Source: Octopus sinensis (lineage: Eukaryota). From it: a stretch of 64,000 nt of DNA. Under the pieces are notes generated by a model. The model made no database searches. It was not told the origin of the DNA and saw only the letters and a program-made list of their open reading frames with translations. The stretch is from positions 18,848,001-18,912,000 of the forward strand of contig NC_043020.1 in the NCBI RefSeq assembly GCF_006345805.1. The letters are read 5' to 3'. Both the position numbers and the translations under genes were made by a program. This document shows, piece after piece, positions 55,840-64,000 of this stretch (within the stretch, counting starts at the first letter, position 1; each line of letters opens with the position of its first letter).

Positions 55840-56760
55840 ACCTGGCTTACGCTTCCCTTAGGCAATGCACCAGCTCTAGGTCGGGGCCTCAGAAGGCGTA
55901 TCTAAACATGTTCTTTGAGAAGGTGTTCATTACCCTGACCATAGCGACATCCGATATGATCTTCGTAGTCACCTGCGAAGGCCAATCCTCGTCCTCTGTC
56001 CAGGGCATGGGCTCCTCCCTCCGAGAAGTTAGCAGCTTCTTTATTTTATCAAATTGGCCATGGAGGCTTTACACTTACATAAAAATCAAAAATACATTAT
56101 CATTTTTCCCTTCCTCCTCTTTCCGGATCCCCAGTCAAATATCTAGCCGCTTGCAGAGCAAACCACGTTGACAGCCTGGAGTTCATAAAGAAGGCGAAAT
56201 GCCTATTATCGAATATTTGTGTCACACAGTGCCACAATTAATAACTCACCCTCAACATCGCTTGTGCCCGCATCCTCCGCCATCCTCCACGCCTCATTTA
56301 AGATCGAAGCGGGTTCCGTGTCGGCATCGCCCGGGTACAAGCGATATTCCTCATTCAGCCCCTTCAGCCTAAACGTCACGTCAAACGTTATGACCTCCAC
56401 AGATAGCTGTCGACCTCGGCGGAGACCATTCGGGATTCTGTGTGACGGCTAAAAGTGCTTTCTTATGGTGTTTCTTCTGCCGGTGGCACAACCCCAACCG
56501 ACGCAGTTCCGGTACATTCCGGTACTATGTCACCGACTGCCGGCAATGTCCCGTTTCTCTTCCTCTCCCTCTTTCTTTTCTTTTCAACTGAGGAAGGGTG
56601 CGTCTCCTCCGTGACCGGGAGATTCGCTTTCCCCTTCTCATCTCTAGGATCCTTCGGTGAGCACCCATTGTTGCTCACCTTCTTCTTCTTGCGGCCGCTG
56701 TTTGAGGAGACCTCCGCCTCCTAAGCCGCCTTCATTCCCTCTTCTACAGAGGTCTCACTC
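55840..56760 (-). other. GC-richer coding-like remnant, possibly a LINE ORF1/ORF2 deletion derivative
   Basis: Higher GC than the flanks; short charged low-complexity frames with stops (KKRKRERKRNG); no diagnostic motif confirmed. Confidence 0.3.
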
Positions 56761-57591
56761 AACTGCTCCGGGACCTTATTTTAACAACAAACAAGATGAG
56801 GACAAATATTTGTCAAATGTAAATAATGTACTTAATTTGTTTCTCTCACATAAAATAAAACAAAGTCCCTTGTCGTTGGTATCCATGTTATAGTATTATT
56901 TCATCCGCCTCTGGAATCTTCGGCACAACATAAGTCGAGACACAAATTTAGTTGAATTCAACATTGTATGTGTATGCGTGTGTGCTTGTGTTTGTGTCAT
57001 GTTTGTCCACCACCGCTGCTTGACAACCAGTGTTTGTTTGGTTATGTCCTCGCATATAGCGGTTCGGCAAAAAGAGATCGATTGACGAGGTATCAGACTT
57101 AACAGGAAAAATAAATATTAGGGTCAATAAAACACTTCCAAAGCAGTGAAACAAACAAAAGATAAAATATAGGGTTACAAATCGGATCTTCTGAGAAGTC
57201 AGGATTTCGGTCTTAGTTATCTTTTTTTTTTGTTTGATTTTTATTTTTGCTTTACTTTGTTTTGTTTTTGTCTTTGTTTTTTTTTTTAGCCTTGATACGG
57301 CAGCGCTTTCACCTGAAGTTCTCCAGCCACTAGCAATATTTGTATTTCTTGAGAAGACGACAATTTTCAAGACAGCTGGGCGTGGTTCGAGGGATGTTTG
57401 GCTGATAATTCTAGCAAGTCAGTTGTGCACCTACAGCCTTCCACGCCGTCTTAGTACTTGTAGATCTTCGAAATTGTTTTGCACTGGGTCACGTGCGTAA
57501 ACATGTGTGCGTGCGTGTGAGCGGGGGTGTGAGTGAGTGCGGGGGAGTTTGTGCGAGAATGTGCGTGTGTATGTATATGTATGTATGTATG

Positions 57592-57671
<80 letters not shown>

Positions 57672-57831
57672 TGTGTACGCGTGTGTGTGTGCATATTTGT
57701 CGTGTTTATCAACAAAGAATAATGGACGATACACTTTTCTAACATAGTTGTGTATTGAAAATTTTCGTGTTTTGTACAAGAAAAGCACATATATATATGT
57801 ATATGTGTGTATATATATATATATGTATATC

Positions 57832-57876
<45 letters not shown>

Positions 57877-57906
57877 CTTATATCATATGTATATTTATAT
57901 ATTACG

Positions 57907-57945
<39 letters not shown>

Positions 57946-57978
57946 GTGTGTGTGTGTGTGTGTATATGTATATATATG

Positions 57979-58042
<64 letters not shown>

Positions 58043-58076
58043 GAAACTTATATCATATGTATATTTATATATTACG

Positions 58077-58142
<66 letters not shown>

Positions 58143-58641
58143 ATATATATATATATATATGTATATACATATATGTATATGTATATATATGTATATATAT
58201 AAGTATATATATATACATATATATATATATGTATGTATACATATATATGAAACATACATATATACACACACATACAAGCATGTATGTAAGAAACAAAGAC
58301 CGAACATGGAAGAAAGTAGTTTAAAGTCAAATATGACGTATATCAAACTGTGTTTTTCAACAGTCACACGCCATATTGTATATGAATTAGGCTGACAGAG
58401 AGACAGTAACTTTATATAAGATTTATCGTATGTGGGCAGTATTGTGTGTGTGAGAGAGAGAGATATATTGTGCAATATGGCACGGACTGGCAGTGATGTT
58501 TATAGCCAGATATTGTAGTTACAACACGTCTCCTTTATATTGAACCTTAGTTATGTATTGCTGAATTTAATTCAGAGGCATTCATACAAACCCATTCATA
58601 TACACCCATATACATACATACATATATTCATATGTATATAA

Positions 58642-58716
<75 letters not shown>

Positions 58717-59789
58717 TATGTACTTACGTATTTATGTATTCTCATATGTATATATGTGCGTATATATGTATGTACGTATGGATGGATACGTATTATGTAT
58801 GTATGTATGTATGTATGTGTGTATGTGTGTGTGTATGTATGTAGGTAGGTAGGTATGCATGTATGTAGATTGAAAATTACGAGAGAATTGCCAAAAAATA
58901 TTTACGTCTAAAAACACATGTTCGACTGTTTAACGATGATGACTTCTTTATTTCAGACAAAAACAGATAAACATATATGCATGATTAATGACATAAGCTC
59001 ACACACACACACACAAAGACGCACATAGATAACATAAACACACACACACATGCACACACAAATACATAACATAAACACACAAGCACACACACACACAAAC
59101 ACACACATACAGAGTGGAAGAGTGTGACATGTACGTAAATGCACATTCACACACTCGCATATTGAAGATAGATAAGAGGTATATACATTTATGATAAAGT
59201 GATGCACACACACAGTTACTCTGTTTATGTGTGTGTACACTCTGGTTACACATACATGCATACATGTAGTGGAAAACAGAAAGACAATATTTACCTTTTA
59301 GAGGAAGCAGCTACCGGCTCCGGTCGTTTCAAAAAGACGACTTAGTTATGCTGTTATAAAAGGGAAAATATAGAGAAATTCAATTCAATTTCTCTTATAT
59401 ATTGTTGGTTACCGATGTTCAAATGCTTTTCTTATAAAGATCAGATATGGTGATGTATTTCGTTCTTTTCTTATATTTGCTAGCTGTCGGCCGTGACCGT
59501 ACGTGTGTGTGTGTAGGAGAGATTCATACATACACACATACACGAATGTATGAATCTTAAGGTGCGTGTGTATGTGTTTATATGTGGGTACATACGTTTG
59601 GCTAAATAAACAAGAGAAAAAGTACCCGATAGATGGAGTAGAGTATATTTATTAGCAGTTCGTTGAGTCGTCAGTCAACAAACATTAACATTTTATCGCC
59701 TGATGTGACCCACAAAATCACAGATCATGATACACAAACACGCACACACACTCACATACACACTCATGCACACTCACATACACATGTAT

Positions 59790-59930
59790 ATATACGACGG
59801 GCTTCTTTCAGTTTCCACCTTTCAAATCCACCTACGAGGCTAACGGGCTGTAGTAGAAGACACTTGCCTAAGGTATCATGCAGTGGGATCGTGTGATCAG
59901 GAAGGAAACCTCTTACCACACAGCCACCCC
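59790..59930 (-). mobile_element. SINE family A, 5' half
   Basis: GACGGGCTTCTTTCAGTTTCC...CTTACCACACAGCC. Confidence 0.7.
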
Positions 59931-60270
59931 TGCGTCTTTATATATACACATATAGAAGATATATACATATTGACAAAGAAATCTATATACATGTAAATGT
60001 ACTTTTTTATTAAAGCTGCACAAAGCTGAACAAGCTGTTACTCAGAGTCATCATAACCGTTCATCAGACGGTTGTGATAATACAGAGTAAAAATGAATTT
60101 GTTTTTATGAATTGTGAGTATACATAAACGTTTTTTGGATAACAATACAACGATTAAAACATTTGAAGCTGATGGGTAAACCAGGTTTGAAATAGTAGCG
60201 TCGTGTATATAGACATAAAACTGAACATATATAAAACTCAACACTTTTATGTATATAAGAACCAAGGAGT

Positions 60271-60680
60271 GACTGTGTGGTAAGTAGCTTACTTACTAAC
60301 CACATGGTTCCGGGCTCAGTCCCACTGCGTGACACTTTGGGCAAACGTCTTCTACTATAGCTTCGGGTCGACCAAAGCCTTGCGAATGGATTTAGTAGAC
60401 GGAAACTGAAAGAAGCCCGTCGTATATATGTATATGTATGTGTGTGTGTATGTGTGTTTGTGTGCGCGCGCGCGTGTGTCTGTGTTTGTCCCCCCAACAT
60501 CGCTTGACAACTGATGTTGGTGTGTTTACGTCCCCGTAACTTAGCGATTTGGCAAAAGATACCGATAGAATAAGTACTAAGCTTACAAAGAATAAGTCAT
60601 GGGGTCGATTTTCTCGACTAAAGGTGGTATTCCAGCATGGCCGCAGACAAATGACTGAAACAAGTAAAAGAGTAAAAGAG
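60271..60680 (+). mobile_element. SINE family A, full-length reference copy
   Basis: A-box-like TGGTAAGTAG, B-box-like GGCTCAGTCC, central (TA/GT)n, LINE-like tail, (GTAAAAGA) terminal repeats. Confidence 0.9.
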
Positions 60681-60729
60681 AGGGTAATAAATGAGCTTAA
60701 ATTATGATCAAATAACCCTTTGCATTATA

Positions 60730-60880
60730 AGCACAAAGCCTGAAATTTGGGGAGAAGAGAATGGTCCCAAAAGGACGAAAGGCAAAGTTGACCTGAGCGA
60801 GATTTGAACTCAGAACGTAGAGAGGGACGGAATGTTACTAAGCATTTTGCCCGGCGTGCTAACGGTTCAGCCAGCCAGCT
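60730..60880 (-). mobile_element. SINE family B, partial
   Basis: GGCAAAGTTGACC..TTTGAACTCAGAACGTA..CCGGCGTGCTAACG. Confidence 0.7.
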
Positions 60881-61379
60881 CAAATAATATAAATAAAAAA
60901 GTAAGAAAGAAAGAATCAATTAATTCGTCCAGCGATTTGCCAGAACGAATGCAATTTTTTCCATGTCTGACGTCCCAATCAAGCGATGAGGTATAAATGT
61001 CTGTCCTGAGTTTAAGACGCATTGGTCTTTTTGTTTTGTGAAATATCTCGTCTGTACACAGAACGACAACGGCTGATAAGCGTTGTTTGTTAACTGAACC
61101 GGTTGATCCTGATCGTTGATTGTTTTCTGTTCATCCGCTCAGTATCGAAGTGATATTTGCCATTGACTCAATAAGTTTATTTGCCGAAATAGTTCCCATC
61201 CACCATTCTACATTCCATGATTCCAACATACTCGGGTGTTTGTTTTCTTGTTACTATTTGTTTCTTTGGCTATTATTGCTGTTGTTTTATGTTATTATAT
61301 TTCCCTGTAATTTAAACCCCATGCTTTTGTATCCAATAATTTGTCAGTTATTTAAAAGATCTTATAGGCGCTGGACTGA

Positions 61380-61785
61380 CTGGTGTAGTAAGAAGCTTGC
61401 TTCCTAACCACATAGTACTGGCTTCAGTACCACCGCTTGGGACATTTTGCAAGGGTTTTCTATAACCTTAGGTCGACCAAAGGGCTTGTGAGTGAATTTG
61501 GTAGACGGAAACTGAAAAAAGCACGCCGTATGTGTGTGTGTGTGTGTGTGTGTGTTGTGTGTGTGTGTGTGTGTGTGTCTTTGTGTCTGTCTCCTACCAC
61601 CGCTTGACAACTGTTGCTGATGTGTTTACGTCCATGTAACTTAGCGTTAACGATAGGATAAGTGCCAGGCTTTAACAAAATATTTACTAGGGTCAGTTCA
61701 TTCGACAAAAAATTCTTCAAGATGGTGCCCCAGTCCAGATGGTCGCAGTCCAATGACTGAAACAAGTAAACGATAAAAGATAATT
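61380..61785 (+). mobile_element. SINE family A
   Basis: Head, (GT)n centre and tail all present. Confidence 0.85.
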
Positions 61786-62356
61786 TCAAGCCTTGATGTG
61801 TGTAATGAATAACTACAAGTGCAAGGTATGATCTTAAACCGCATTCATTGGCAGGTACCTGGGGTTCCAGGGTTTGGGGAAATGCTGAACCACCTATTAA
61901 CTATTTGTCCCAGAATAGTAACACCTGTGAGGGTTCCAGGTATGGGTTAACTATCAAAATGTTTGTAACTGCCCGATGCAGAGTACGTTGGAATCATTGG
62001 ATGCAACATGAGGGATGTAAACTATTTCGATAAAGGAACTTATTGAATCGATGGTCAATATCACTTCAATACTGAGAGAATGAAAGGACAATAAACTGTC
62101 AACGGCCAGGATCAAACAGTTCAGTTGGTGAGCTACTGCAATCATGTGACATAGACAAATGAGACATTTCATCAAGTGAAAGACCAGTGTGACTAAAAGC
62201 CCAGGCAAGACATTCGCGCCTCTTCGTTTGATCAGGACGTCTGGCGTGAAAGGGTTACATTGGGGAGAATTCATACAAAAAAAAAACAAAAGACGAAGAC
62301 AGGTGGTGTAGACAACAAACAGATGTATTAGTATAACGCTCGGGAAGTGAAAAAGT

Positions 62357-62392
62357 CGTTAACGTTTCGTGCCTACGCTCTTCCACAGAAAG
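62357..62392 (-). ncRNA. Decayed minimal hammerhead-like motif
   Basis: CTTT CTGTGGA a GAGC gtag GCAC GAAA CG TT AACG: same architecture as 47077-47111 with three mismatches to an ideal fold. Confidence 0.4.
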
Positions 62393-64000
62393 AAACAAAA
62401 AGAAAAAATAAAGAATGTGTAGTGGCTAGCGATCTATCATGGCGAATGGACAAGTCACCCGACCAGACAGTGAATGACAATTTGCCTCTTTTTGTTTATC
62501 AATAATGCATGGTCAAGTATTGATTGTGTTTTTCTTGTACAAAGGCAATCTGCTAAAAAGTACTAAGGGGAGATGCATTCTCAGGTTCATTATATCGGAA
62601 TGAAGGCAGGAGTTTGTTGCAGTATCGACAACTAAGTATTAATGTTTTTGAGTTACGTACAGTAAAATGGTTCGATAACAATAACGCCAACATATGAAGC
62701 AGTCAATCCAACCCTTAGTACTTTTTAGCAGAATTTAAGTTCCACAATTCTAAGTTATAATTTATACTCTTAGACTTAAGACTAGATATATAATCAGCGA
62801 TATGAACTGAGTTCCTAAGTTTTTCCATTAGAAAATATGTTACTACGCGACTTATACCTGGCATTTTGAATTTGAAACAGAACCTATATAATAATTATAT
62901 AAAAATTCATTATGTGCATTAGAAGCGGTATTAGTTAAATATTAGCAATCTGTGTATCATACTTAATGCAAGCACAACTCGGAAAACCAAATTATCTACG
63001 GTATTTGTTTGGTAGGAGTAATATCTCTTATCAACGTGTTGTGTTAAATAATACAACTATTTATCAGTAGCACCCGAAAATCGTCCAGCAGCAGTGCTGG
63101 AAGTGCTAGATTGTTAGTTTAATCTAATACTGCCGCCATTGCAAGTAACGAATTTTTTTCAGCCAGTCGGCTAATTGCAACATCAGTGACTTTTCGCAGT
63201 TTTCCTATATCAATGGCAACGGATTTTATCTTAGCATGCTGTTGCCAGCGAGTACATGCTGCTGACGAAGCCCCAAAATGCAAAAATGCACATTTAGCAT
63301 TCCCGCCAACACTGATAGAAAATTTTCCTCTTCTACTGATATATTTTCGTTATTTAGCCTAATATGTCCATAACAGATATTATCTCCGAACAAATACCGC
63401 AGTTAATTTGGTTTCCCAGGATGTATTTGCATTAACCCTAAATTGTATATTGAGTATTTAAAGCAACGCGCCAAAAAATGCCTAAATTCATGGTGTTAAT
63501 TTAAAGAAACAAACACAGCTATTTTGCGTTTTGAATGGTAGTCACAAGTGTAAACAAGGTTTTACGGCAAAAATCTATTTTTTTATACTTCAAAACAACC
63601 AGCAGACTTTCTTATTGGTGTAATAATGCAACTTCAAATTGTAAATCTTCACTAAAGTTGTAAGGTATGAACATTGTTTTTTTGTTTTGTTTTTGTTACT
63701 ATTTCACAAGACTGTTTAAAGTTACTTATTAAATAAAATTGTTCGTGGATCTTGATAGAAAAGTACTCAAAACGTTGTGTTTATGTTTTGTTGATTTAAA
63801 ACAACACCATGCATTCTTGCACAGTTACTTGCTGAAAGTTATTGAATGTTCACGTTGAGAATCCATAATTTCAGGCTTTTCTAAGTTTATAAAACTTTGC
63901 ATATCACTTATCAGCTTTCAAATGAACCGCAGCAGTTTCTATAATGAAAAGAAACCACTATGTTGTCAAGAATAGACGGACTTATCCACAATTTTGAAGT

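Noticed and set aside
57872-58110. ~170-bp-period duplication of TGAAACTTATATCATATG within TA repeats
   Set aside because: Consistent with slippage or local misassembly in low-complexity sequence.
60271-60345. tRNA gene calls for SINE heads (also 5188 and 21664)
   Set aside because: A and B boxes are present, but they continue into SINE bodies and I could not build a full cloverleaf.
63130-63350. ~75-codon stop-free minus-strand frame in non-repetitive sequence
   Set aside because: No early start codon, no clear splice sites and no recognisable motif; the length is compatible with chance.

Overview
Repeat-dense, AT-rich eukaryotic DNA, most likely from an octopus genome (inferred from the SINE families and the extreme microsatellite load, not from a database search). 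No complete host gene is supportable; only a candidate minus-strand coding frame at the left edge and one weak candidate exon. Most of the window is nested mobile DNA: three tRNA-derived SINE families, six R4/Dong-like REL-endonuclease LINE fragments, RTE and CR1/L2-like LINE fragments, a 5'-truncated Penelope-like element (PLE) with an open 574-aa RT plus GIY-YIG frame, two deleted Helitrons with canonical ends, IS630-Tc1-mariner remnants (DD41D, DD37D-like, DD34D-like) and MITEs. Most long ORFs in the supplied track are microsatellite translations. The most notable observations are five hammerhead-ribozyme-like folds with variant cores in PLE-derived or TA-flanked units, a ~550-bp non-coding element flanked by (AAT)n on both sides, a SINE whose 3' tail matches a LINE 3' UTR in the same window, a same-orientation array of microsatellite-bounded R4/Dong fragments, and two near-perfect palindromes. 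All alignments and folds were done by eye, so coordinates of degraded elements are approximate.
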